Below are positions 9,161-17,861 of a stretch of 64,000 nt of DNA, piece after piece. Positions within the stretch are counted from its first letter, which is position 1; each line of letters opens with the position of its first letter. The translations under genes were made by a program, and so were the position numbers. The notes below the pieces were generated by a model that saw only the letters and a list, made by a program, of their open reading frames with translations, searched no databases and was not told where the DNA came from. This DNA is from Terriglobia bacterium (GTDB taxonomy: Bacteria > Acidobacteriota > Terriglobia > Acidiferrales > UBA7541): assembly GCA_963695545.1 (NCBI GenBank), contig OY968796.1:3072001-3136000 (forward strand), written 5' to 3'.

Positions 9161-10183
9161 ATGAGACGGACGGCGAAATCGAAATGCGCGATTTTGGCGT
9201 TGGCGCCGCTTGTGGCGCTGGCGGCGACGATTGCATTCGCGACGGCGGGAGATGCGCAGAATCAAGGCGGGACGGCCGGTCACCAGAGCGCGGCCGCCGG
9301 TGCGACAAAGCCGATGAGGATCCGAATTGGCGGGAACGTGCAGCAAGCCAAATTAATTAGCGCGCCTCAACCGGAATATCCGCCGCCGGCTCGGCAAGCC
9401 AGCATCGAAGGCAATGTTGTACTTCATGCAGTTATCGGATTAGATGGGACGGTCGCGCAGCTGAGCGTGATCTCGGGGCATCCGCTGCTCGTCCAGGCGG
9501 CGCTCGATGCGGTGAAGCAGCGGAGATACGCACCGACGTTGCTCAACGGCGAGCCAGTCGAAGTGGATACGACGATAACCATCGCATTCAAACTGGACGC
9601 GAGCGCGCCGGCGCAACAGACGCCTCCCGCGGAGAGTGCAGCGACGGCGCCGCCACCGGCTGATGCAAACGTGGCCCTCGATCCGCAGCTTAAGGCGGAC
9701 ATATTGCATTTGTTCGACGTGATGCACGTGCGAGAGCGGGAGATCGCTGGAGTCAACATCGCATCGGGACTCGTCCGTGCTGAGCTGATGAGATCGCTGC
9801 CGCCAACGCCAAACCGAGAGAAGATCGCAGATAGGATGGTGGAGAAAGTCGTCGCGGTGACGCAGTCGGACGAAGTTCTCGACCGGCTTGCGGCGGTGTA
9901 CGCGAAGAGTCTATCGGACGACGATGTCAAAGCGATCACGGCATTTTATGAGTCGCCCGCGGGACAGCACTTCAACGCGGCGACGTCGCAAATCACCTCG
10001 GACAGCGCGCGGCTGGGCCACGACGCTGTGCAGGAACAAATGCCCAGAATTTTCAAAGAGCTGTGCAACGAATATCCGGAATTGCAAGGCCAAGCGAATT
10101 TCTGTCCGAAACCTGTGCCGAGCGGCGGCAACCAGGGCATGCTTGAGATGCCTGAGGTAATGCCACTAAGGGGAAAATCGTGA
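9161..10183 (+). CDS. Exported TonB C-terminal domain protein fused to a DUF2059-like helical domain
   Basis: Signal peptide; PQPEYPPPARQASIEGNVVLHAVIGLDGTV...SGHPLL..AALDAV; later YAKSLSDDDVKAITAFYESPAGQ. Confidence 0.75.
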   Translation: MRRTAKSKCAILALAPLVALAATIAFATAGDAQNQGGTAGHQSAAAGATKPMRIRIGGNVQQAKLISAPQPEYPPPARQASIEGNVVLHAVIGLDGTVAQLSVISGHPLLVQAALDAVKQRRYAPTLLNGEPVEVDTTITIAFKLDASAPAQQTPPAESAATAPPPADANVALDPQLKADILHLFDVMHVREREIAGVNIASGLVRAELMRSLPPTPNREKIADRMVEKVVAVTQSDEVLDRLAAVYAKSLSDDDVKAITAFYESPAGQHFNAATSQITSDSARLGHDAVQEQMPRIFKELCNEYPELQGQANFCPKPVPSGGNQGMLEMPEVMPLRGKS

Positions 10184-11499
10184 TTACACGACGTGAGTTT
10201 CTGGATTCACTGGCTGTCGGAGCGGCGGGGCTGGCGGTGGGAACAACGGCGACAAGTTACGGCCAGATAATGGGCGCGAACGACCGGCTGAACTTTGCAG
10301 TCATCGGACTGAATGGACGCGGGTACGCGCATCTTTCAGCGCTCAAGGCGAATAAGAGCGCGGCGCGCATCTCGCACGTCTGCGACGTGGACACTCATAT
10401 TTTGAAGAAATTCGCCGACAGCACGGCGCAGACCATGGGTGAAGCGCCGGTGGCGGAGCAAGATTTTCGCAAGATTCTGGCGGAGAAGGATGTGGACGCG
10501 ATCACGATTGCGACGCCGGATCATTGGCATACACCGCTGGCGATTTTGGGATTGCAAGCGGGCAAACACGTCTATGTCGAAAAACCGTGCAGCCACAATC
10601 CTGCCGAGGGAGTGATGCTATTGGAGGCGGTGCAGAAGTACGGGAAAGTGGTGCAGATGGGCACGCAGCAGCGTTCCTCGCCACACACCATAGAGATCGT
10701 CGGAAAAATTCACGATGGGATCATTGGCAGGGCGTACTTCGCGAAGGCGTGGTACAGCAATGTGAGGAAATCGATTGGCATCGGCAAAGAAGCGCCCGTG
10801 CCGGCGGAGCTCGATTGGGAAATTTGGCAGGGCCCGGCGCCGCGGCGCGCGTATCGCGACAATGTGCAGCCGTATAACTGGCACTGGTTCAAGATTTATG
10901 GCACGGGCGAAACGCTGAATAATGGCACGCACGAAGTGGATGTGTGCCGCTGGGCGCTGGGAGTGGACTATCCGATGCGCGTGACCGCGTCGGGCGGACG
11001 GTACGCTTTCAAGGACGATTGGCAGTTTTACGACACTCTCGTGACGAGCTTCGAGTACGAAGACAAGCTGCTCGCGTGGGAGGGCAAGAGTTGCAACGGA
11101 ATGAAATATTACGGGCGCGATCGCGGCTCGACGATCATGGGAACGACCGGCACGGTGCTGGTCGATCGCGATGGGTACGAGATATACGACCTGAGTGGGA
11201 AAAAGACGAGCGAATTTAAAGTTGGCACCACGACGTCGTCTTCCGATCTTGTGGGCGCGGATTCCATGACCGACGCGCACTTCGCGAATTTCATCGCGGC
11301 GATTCGCACGGGTGAGAAACTCAACGCTCCGATATCTGTCGGCAACGTTTCCGTAACGATGATGCAGCTTTCCAATATGGCATGGGAAGTGAATCGCGAG
11401 TTGCATTTGGACACGATGAACGGACGAGTCTTGGCCGATCCTGAAGCGATGAAGATGTGGACGCGCGATTATCAACCGGGCTGGGCGCCGCATTTGTGA
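10180..11499 (+). CDS. Tat-exported Gfo/Idh/MocA oxidoreductase
   Basis: TRREFL Tat motif, IGLNGRG, IATPDHWH, GKHVYVEKP, QMGTQQRS, WQGPAP, NNGTHEVD. Confidence 0.9.
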   Translation: MITRREFLDSLAVGAAGLAVGTTATSYGQIMGANDRLNFAVIGLNGRGYAHLSALKANKSAARISHVCDVDTHILKKFADSTAQTMGEAPVAEQDFRKILAEKDVDAITIATPDHWHTPLAILGLQAGKHVYVEKPCSHNPAEGVMLLEAVQKYGKVVQMGTQQRSSPHTIEIVGKIHDGIIGRAYFAKAWYSNVRKSIGIGKEAPVPAELDWEIWQGPAPRRAYRDNVQPYNWHWFKIYGTGETLNNGTHEVDVCRWALGVDYPMRVTASGGRYAFKDDWQFYDTLVTSFEYEDKLLAWEGKSCNGMKYYGRDRGSTIMGTTGTVLVDRDGYEIYDLSGKKTSEFKVGTTTSSSDLVGADSMTDAHFANFIAAIRTGEKLNAPISVGNVSVTMMQLSNMAWEVNRELHLDTMNGRVLADPEAMKMWTRDYQPGWAPHL

Positions 11500-11610
11500 G
11501 GCGATTGGCGCGGTCATCGATCCGCAAACGCGCTGGCGGCTGTCGGACTCTCAGATCTCAAAATCGCATTTAGCGGTTGGTCGCGTCGCGCAGAATTTGC
11601 AGACCGGAAC

Positions 11611-13662
11611 ATGCGAACATTCTGGTTCCTCCTGATTGCCTGTTTCTTGGCTACTTCCGCTTCTGCTCAGTCAGTACCGCAATTCAGATTGATGCCGATG
11701 CCGTCGACGGTGCGCGCGGGAGTGGGAGCGCTTCCGATCACGCGCACGCTTTCGGTAGCGATTGAAGGATACAGGGAGCCGCGCCTCGATCGCGCCGTCG
11801 AGAGATTTCTCCACCAGCTTTTCGATGAAACCGGCATTCCAACGCGAGACCAGATCATAAATTCCGCCGATGCCACGCTTGTAGTCCGCGCCGATCACGC
11901 GAGCAAACCTGTGCAAGAGATGGGAGAGGACGAAAGCTACGTGCTGGACGTGACTCCCTCGGGCGCAAAGCTAACCGCTGCGAATCCGCTGGGGATCATG
12001 CGCGGGTTGGAAACATTTCTTCAGCTTGTTGAAATCACTCCCGCTGGATTTGCCGCGCCGGCGATGCACATTGAAGACGCGCCACGGTTTCCGTGGCGAG
12101 GACTTAGCATCGACGTCAGCCGCCACTTCGTCTCGGTGGAAGTGTTGAAGCGCAACATCGACGCGATGGCGGCGGTGAAAATGAACGTGCTACATCTGCA
12201 TCTTTCCGACAATCAGGGTTTTCGCGTGGAGAGCAAGAAGTTTCCGAAACTGACGCAGATAGGATCGGATGGGCAGTATTACACGCAAGCGGAAATTCGC
12301 GATCTGATCGAATACGCGCGCGATCGCGGGATTCGCGTGGTTCCGGAATTCGACATGCCGGGACACAGCACTTCGTGGTTCGTGGGATATCCGGAGCTTG
12401 CGAGCGCGCCCGGTCCTTACCAAATCGAACGGGGCTGGGGAATTTTCGATCCGGCGATGGATCCATCAAGGGAGGAGACCTACAGGTTCCTCGACAAATT
12501 CATCGGTGAGATGGCCGCGCTGTTTCCCGACGCGTATTTTCACATCGGCGGCGACGAAGTAAATGGAAAACAGTGGGACGCCAATCCGAAAATCCAGGAG
12601 TTCATGCGCGCCCATAATTTGAAGAGCGATCAAGAGCTTCAGCAGTACTTCACGCTGCGGGTGCAGAAAATTGTGAGCAAGCACCACAAAATCATGATTG
12701 GTTGGGACGAAATCCTGAGCCCTGGCATGCCCAGCGACATCGTGATCCAATCGTGGCGCGGCCAGGATTCTCTGGCGGCTGCTGCGAAACTGGGATACAG
12801 CGGGATTCTTTCGAGCGGCTACTATCTCGATGCGATGGCGCCAGCGAGACAATACTATTCGGTTGATCCGATGGCGAACGCGGATGCGACGCTCACGGTT
12901 GGGCAGCAGAAGCGGATCCTCGGCGGTGAGGCATGTATGTGGTCCGAATTCGTCACGGATGAAAATATCGAATCGCGGATCTGGCCGCGCGCTGCTGCGA
13001 TCGCCGAGAGATTGTGGTCACCGGCGCAAGCGCAGGACGTAGATTCCATGTACGCGAGATTGGATTCGGTGAGCCGGGAGCTTGAAGAGGTTGGGCTCAG
13101 GCACCGCGCGAATATGGAAATGATGCTCGAACGCATGGCGGGGACTGGCGATATCGCCGCGCTGCGCGTGTTGGCGGATGTAGCCGAGCCTGTCGGCTTG
13201 CACGTTCGCGAGCAAGAAGCGAGGAAAGCGAGCGAGATTCAAACAAGCGATACTCCGCTCAATCGCATGGTCGGCGCGGTTGCGCCGGAAAGCGACGTGG
13301 CGCGGCAATTCACGCAAGAGGTGAATGCATTCATCGCGAGCAATTTCGCGGATGTCCAGGCAAAATCAGAAATTCGCGATTGTCTCGTCGCGTGGCGCGA
13401 TAATGATGCGAAATTGCAGCCGCTGCTCGCGGATTCATATCTACTGAAGGAACTCTCGCCCGTTTCGCAGAATCTTTCTTCGCTCGGCAGCGCGGGCCTC
13501 GAAGCGATGGACTACATCGACAGAGGCGAACGAGGGCCTGATGCGTGGCGGGACCAGCACCTTGCCACGATTCAACTAGCGGCTCAGCCCGCTGCCGATG
13601 TGATCCTGGCGGTCGCGCCAGCAATTCGTCAATTGATCGAAGCCAGCACCGCGAAGAAATAG
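11611..13662 (+). CDS. Secreted beta-N-acetylhexosaminidase (GH20)
   Basis: Signal peptide; DESYVL, DAPRFPWRGL.IDVSRHF, HLHLSDNQGF, PEFDMPGH, HIGGDE catalytic motif, GGEACMWSE, WPRAAAIAERLWS. Confidence 0.95.
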   Translation: MRTFWFLLIACFLATSASAQSVPQFRLMPMPSTVRAGVGALPITRTLSVAIEGYREPRLDRAVERFLHQLFDETGIPTRDQIINSADATLVVRADHASKPVQEMGEDESYVLDVTPSGAKLTAANPLGIMRGLETFLQLVEITPAGFAAPAMHIEDAPRFPWRGLSIDVSRHFVSVEVLKRNIDAMAAVKMNVLHLHLSDNQGFRVESKKFPKLTQIGSDGQYYTQAEIRDLIEYARDRGIRVVPEFDMPGHSTSWFVGYPELASAPGPYQIERGWGIFDPAMDPSREETYRFLDKFIGEMAALFPDAYFHIGGDEVNGKQWDANPKIQEFMRAHNLKSDQELQQYFTLRVQKIVSKHHKIMIGWDEILSPGMPSDIVIQSWRGQDSLAAAAKLGYSGILSSGYYLDAMAPARQYYSVDPMANADATLTVGQQKRILGGEACMWSEFVTDENIESRIWPRAAAIAERLWSPAQAQDVDSMYARLDSVSRELEEVGLRHRANMEMMLERMAGTGDIAALRVLADVAEPVGLHVREQEARKASEIQTSDTPLNRMVGAVAPESDVARQFTQEVNAFIASNFADVQAKSEIRDCLVAWRDNDAKLQPLLADSYLLKELSPVSQNLSSLGSAGLEAMDYIDRGERGPDAWRDQHLATIQLAAQPAADVILAVAPAIRQLIEASTAKK

Positions 13663-13668
13663 CCGCGG

Positions 13669-14439
13669 CTACTTCGCGGCCGGCGGTTGCGGCGCGTTGG
13701 GGCCGGTCACTCTCTTGGGCGATTGCTTGTTCAGCGTATCGAGCAGCAATTTCGCGGAGTCAGGCGGCGCTTCAGCGCCCTTGAAGACGACATCTTTAGC
13801 GTTCACGTGATGGCCGTAGAGTTTTGTGTTGGCGGGGCCATCGGCGCGCAGCGTTGAGCCCGTCAATCCCACGCCAGCAAACAACCCCTTCGCGCGGGAG
13901 TACGTTAGCAATTCGGAATGCAGGACAACATCCTCTTCCGCCGCTCCTACTCGTCCTACCGGACCCGCCGTCGCGGTGACGTCTCCGCCAATCTTTGCCT
14001 TGGTCGTAAGCAGGGAATTCGCACCGTCCGAGTTCATCACGGTGATCAGAATGTCCACGGATGCCGCGCCGCCCTCGAAGCCCCAGTTCACGCCCTCAAG
14101 CGCGACCATCGTCGGCGCGCCCCACGGTCCGTCGAAGTTCGGACCGGAGCGGCAAGTCATAGCGCCTCGACCGAAAGTACCGCCGAAGAGAAAAGTGAAA
14201 ATGAATCCGTTTCCTTTGATGACGCCGGGGAGGACGATTACGCAGTCGGCTCGATCGAGCGCGTAGTCCAGGCCGAGATGCGGGCCGCCCAGGATTTCGC
14301 CCAACACTTTTCCGCAGTTTTGTACGCGATCTTGCGAGCGCTCGTTGTCGGGCGGCGCCTGCGTGTCAGTCGCTTGCGGAAACGCGGCCACGGTCGCCAC
14401 GAGCATCAATGCGATTGCTTTGATTGTCGCTTTCAACAT
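13669..14439 (-). CDS. Lipid-binding SYLF (Ysc84-like) domain secreted protein
   Basis: Signal peptide; GRGAMTCR..WGAP, GGDVTATAGPVGR, LLTYSRAKGLFAGVGL.G, N.KLYG. Confidence 0.88.
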   Translation of the reverse strand: MLKATIKAIALMLVATVAAFPQATDTQAPPDNERSQDRVQNCGKVLGEILGGPHLGLDYALDRADCVIVLPGVIKGNGFIFTFLFGGTFGRGAMTCRSGPNFDGPWGAPTMVALEGVNWGFEGGAASVDILITVMNSDGANSLLTTKAKIGGDVTATAGPVGRVGAAEEDVVLHSELLTYSRAKGLFAGVGLTGSTLRADGPANTKLYGHHVNAKDVVFKGAEAPPDSAKLLLDTLNKQSPKRVTGPNAPQPPAAK

Positions 14440-14688
14440 GGCCCGCTCCTGATTCGGAGAATCCAATCTGGCCGAAAATCCGATTTGGACTCCTGAGATT
14501 GCACATCGTAAATCTTCTGCGGGGTCGGAGACAAGAATTTTGGCGGCGCATCAGGGGCGGTCCTCTTAAGGAACACGGTGCCGGGCGGGAGGCATCCTTT
14601 AGCTCGGCACGGAATTCTAATCGCAGGACCGCGGACCGCGCTGGGAGTGCTCAGAAAGATTTCCGCCGAAGGAAGGAATTAGACTGAC

Positions 14689-15798
14689 ATGGCCAGCGAA
14701 TCCAAGCACTCGACGACGGGCCCGACGGACGGCAATCTCCCTGACGACGAGAAGGCGCCTCTGCTGGGAATCCGCAAGGACGGACTTTCCGCCGGACTCA
14801 TTTCTAATCTCAAGGAATATTTCACGCGCGGGCCGAGGATTGAGCGCGGAGGTGCGGCTTCGCGGATGAGTGTCGATTGGCAACCGTGGCACCGAACTCT
14901 TTGGCAGAATTTGCGCGATACAATTTCGCCGCCGAAGCTGCCGCCGCTGAAGGTGACGAGCAAGCCGGTGAAGGTGCGGGAAATTTGGAGCCGCGACAAA
15001 GCGTTCGCGCCGTCACAGGGCGTTTCACTTGCGGTGCATGTTGTGCTGATCGTGTTGCTGGGTGTGCCGCTGATTCACGTCGTGGTGACGGGCAAGCCTC
15101 CGGCGGTGCGCGCATTCGGACCTGACGTGTTTTCGCCGTACACGTCGAAGATTCCACCAGGAGATACACGGCCGACGGGCGGCGGAAGCGGCGGCAACGA
15201 AGATCCGATACCAGCGTCGAAGGGCCGCCTGCCGAAATTTTCCGATATTCAATTGACGCCGCCGACGGTGGTGCTGCGAAACATGAATCCGATGATGCCC
15301 GCGGTGCCGACGGTGATTGGTCCGCCGGATGTGACGCTGGTGAGTCCGGCGCTGGTGAATTACGGCGATCCCACTGCGCCGGCTGTGACCGACTCGAACG
15401 GGCCGGGCGCTGATTCGGGCATAGGAAATCATCAGGGCGGTGGAATCGGCGACGGCGAGGGGCCCGGCGTGGGGCCCGGCGAGGACGGAGGATACGGAAA
15501 TGGCGTGCATCGCGCGGGCGTCGGTGGAGTCTCGTATCCGACTTGCAGTTATTGCCCGCCGGCGAAATTCACGGAAGAAGCGCGTAAGGCGAAGTATCAG
15601 GGAACGGTGACGCTGCAAGTTGTGGTGACGGCGGATGGTCGCGGGACGGATATACGGATTGTGAAGGGGTTGGACATGGGACTCGACGAGCAAGCGGTGG
15701 AGGCGGTGGAAGGCTGGCGTTTCAAGCCGGCTTATGGGCGCGACGGAAAACCCGTGGCGACGCTGACGGAGATTGAAGTAACGTTTCGTCTGCTCTGA
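14689..15798 (+). CDS. Energy transducer TonB family protein
   Basis: TM helix with SLAVH, Pro/Gly-rich linker, C-terminal FTEEARKAKYQGTVTLQVVV...GLDEQAVEAV..WRFKP...EVTFRL. Confidence 0.88.
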   Translation: MASESKHSTTGPTDGNLPDDEKAPLLGIRKDGLSAGLISNLKEYFTRGPRIERGGAASRMSVDWQPWHRTLWQNLRDTISPPKLPPLKVTSKPVKVREIWSRDKAFAPSQGVSLAVHVVLIVLLGVPLIHVVVTGKPPAVRAFGPDVFSPYTSKIPPGDTRPTGGGSGGNEDPIPASKGRLPKFSDIQLTPPTVVLRNMNPMMPAVPTVIGPPDVTLVSPALVNYGDPTAPAVTDSNGPGADSGIGNHQGGGIGDGEGPGVGPGEDGGYGNGVHRAGVGGVSYPTCSYCPPAKFTEEARKAKYQGTVTLQVVVTADGRGTDIRIVKGLDMGLDEQAVEAVEGWRFKPAYGRDGKPVATLTEIEVTFRLL

Positions 15799-15855
15799 AG
15801 AAAAGCCACGCGAAGACCCCACACCTAAGCCACGCACGAAGGTCCTACATAAAAC

Positions 15856-15882
15856 CCCCACACGTGAAACCGACGTGTGGGG
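15856..15882. repeat. Perfect 10-bp inverted repeat between convergent genes (terminator or REP-like)
   Basis: CCCCACACGT-gaaaccg-ACGTGTGGGG. Confidence 0.6.
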
Positions 15883-15924
15883 CACTCTCAAGGATCGCGA
15901 TCAATCCGTTCTCGCGGGCGATTG

Positions 15925-17001
15925 TTAGTCGCCGGGGACGTGGTCGGCGTATTTTGGCCAGTCGGCGAGGAGCGCGTGGATGACCGTGCTGCCGACGGCG
16001 TAGGCCGATTCGAGCGCGGGGATGTAGCCGGGGTAGGGCGCAGTGACGTTGCCGACGGCGGATTCGCCGGGAGGCTGCATGCAGTAATCGCTGCCGGTGC
16101 GCAGGACCATCAGGCGGCGGAAATCGGCGCGATGCATGGCGGTGAGGCGGCGCAGGGCCTCGGCGACGGCGGAGTCTTCCATTTCGGTCATTACGAACGT
16201 GCCTTTGCCGTTGGTCCAAAGCTTTACCCAGTCGTCGGCGTACTGCGTCATGATCCGGCCGCCCCAGTAATAGTCGGAGGCGAAGGAGTCGCCCTTGAGG
16301 ACGAACGGAGGGCGCTGGGCGTCGGGGAAACCTTGCCAGTGGGAGCGCGCGGCTTGCATTTCGGGCGTGTCTTCGAGCTTGAGGCTTTGCGTTAGCTGGA
16401 AGGCCCAATTGGCGAGGGCGGCGTTTAGCTCATACGCGCCGATGCGGTCGCTCGCGACTAAGGGCTGATCGGGGAGCGTGTTCGGCCGCAGGGCGCCGAT
16501 GGCGAACAGGCCGTAAGGCCAATCTGCGGGGGCTTCGCGCGGATCGACCTCTCTAGCCACGTCATTCACCACGTAAGTGGCCCAGGCGGCTGAGCCGAGC
16601 GATGCGACCTCAGGATTCACGCCGGCGATGCCATTCATAAGCCAATACGCGTGCGTAAGATCGAAGCGCGGGTCGAGGCCGAGCGCCATTACGGAGGCGC
16701 CGGCGTTTACGAGGGTGGTGCCGGTGACGATGCCGATTACGGAGTGGTCGGCATTGGAGCGCAACGGGCGCTCGCCGCCTGGAAAATCCAATTTTTCATC
16801 GAGATGTTCGCGTTCCACCCAGAATTGGAATTCGCCGGGCTGGTCGCCGGTGTCTTCGCCACGCTCGAACGTGGCGAGGATCACGATCTTGACCGGCCAC
16901 GGCTTGGTCTGGGCGCGCACAGGGCTCGCGAGCGGAGCGAACAGGAGGAGAAAGAGAAGCGGAAAGTGCGATCGGCTTGATCTGGCGACACGCGGGAACA
17001 T
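15925..17001 (-). CDS. Purine nucleoside permease (NUP) family exported protein
   Basis: Signal peptide; TFERGEDTGDQPGEFQFWVERE, DPRFDLTHAYW..GIAGV.P..ASLGSAAWA, TEMEDS, RLMVLRTGSDY. Confidence 0.8.
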   Translation of the reverse strand: MFPRVARSSRSHFPLLFLLLFAPLASPVRAQTKPWPVKIVILATFERGEDTGDQPGEFQFWVEREHLDEKLDFPGGERPLRSNADHSVIGIVTGTTLVNAGASVMALGLDPRFDLTHAYWLMNGIAGVNPEVASLGSAAWATYVVNDVAREVDPREAPADWPYGLFAIGALRPNTLPDQPLVASDRIGAYELNAALANWAFQLTQSLKLEDTPEMQAARSHWQGFPDAQRPPFVLKGDSFASDYYWGGRIMTQYADDWVKLWTNGKGTFVMTEMEDSAVAEALRRLTAMHRADFRRLMVLRTGSDYCMQPPGESAVGNVTAPYPGYIPALESAYAVGSTVIHALLADWPKYADHVPGD

Positions 17002-17366
17002 GGCTTCCTCCGAGAAAACGACACTGCGTGACGCCAGCTTACCAGACCGCACCGCGCCGAGCGCATAGCCGAAAACGGTTTCGCGGATCGCGTGAATCAG
17101 AGATTTCCTCAGTTGCGATTAAGATTGTGCAAAACAAATTGAAAAGTGTTCTTTTCCGCACAGTAACGCTTTACCGCGGTTATTTAATATGCGCTTCTGG
17201 ACTACCCGCTCTTGACCAAGATCGATCAGAGGTCGAACTAAAAACGAGCTGAAGATGTGCCGATTCCGGGCAATAAGCGACCGCAAATAAAAAAGCGGAT
17301 TCGGCTACGCTCTCTTCGTCGGAGCTTGGCATCTAAGAATGTTGAAGCGAGATTTGGAGGTGGCAC

Positions 17367-17756
17367 ATGACACTCGGCGGGAGAGAAGTGCTTTTGGTCG
17401 GACAAAGTTTTCATGGCGCCCAGTCATTAACGGAACGCTTGAACGGGTGGGGCTTCCGCTGCCGCATCGCCGGAAGCATGCGAACGGCTTCCGACCTGCT
17501 GAGCGCGCATCAAATTCATCTGGTGCTGAGCAACACGGTTCTGCCGGATGGCACTGGGTTTGGCTTGCTCGAGGTATTGGCAGGCCGGCCGATCACTGCG
17601 TTCCTTTGTTTGCCGGTTGAGAACAGCTGCTTGTGGCTGCCGGCGATCGACGATGGAAAAGATTGCCTCGGAATGCCCGCGTTGCGGCCTTCGGAGTTTT
17701 CCACAGCGCTCGAGGCATTGGCGCGGCGATTGGATGCAGAGGCGGTAGTCAACTAG
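17367..17756 (+). CDS. Stand-alone atypical (pseudo-)receiver domain protein
   Basis: GGAGGTGG RBS; CheY-like pattern VLLV...L...L...GF...HLVLSNTVLPDGTG..LL, but the phosphorylation-site residues are absent. Confidence 0.6.
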   Translation: MTLGGREVLLVGQSFHGAQSLTERLNGWGFRCRIAGSMRTASDLLSAHQIHLVLSNTVLPDGTGFGLLEVLAGRPITAFLCLPVENSCLWLPAIDDGKDCLGMPALRPSEFSTALEALARRLDAEAVVN

Positions 17757-17861
17757 TCTCCGATTTCAAGCGTTGAGGCGGCGGCACGAATGGATCTGCG
17801 CTTGCCGCGATGCGCTTGCCGAAAAAATCAAAAAATAGCGACGAGTTGTAGTTTTAGCGGA

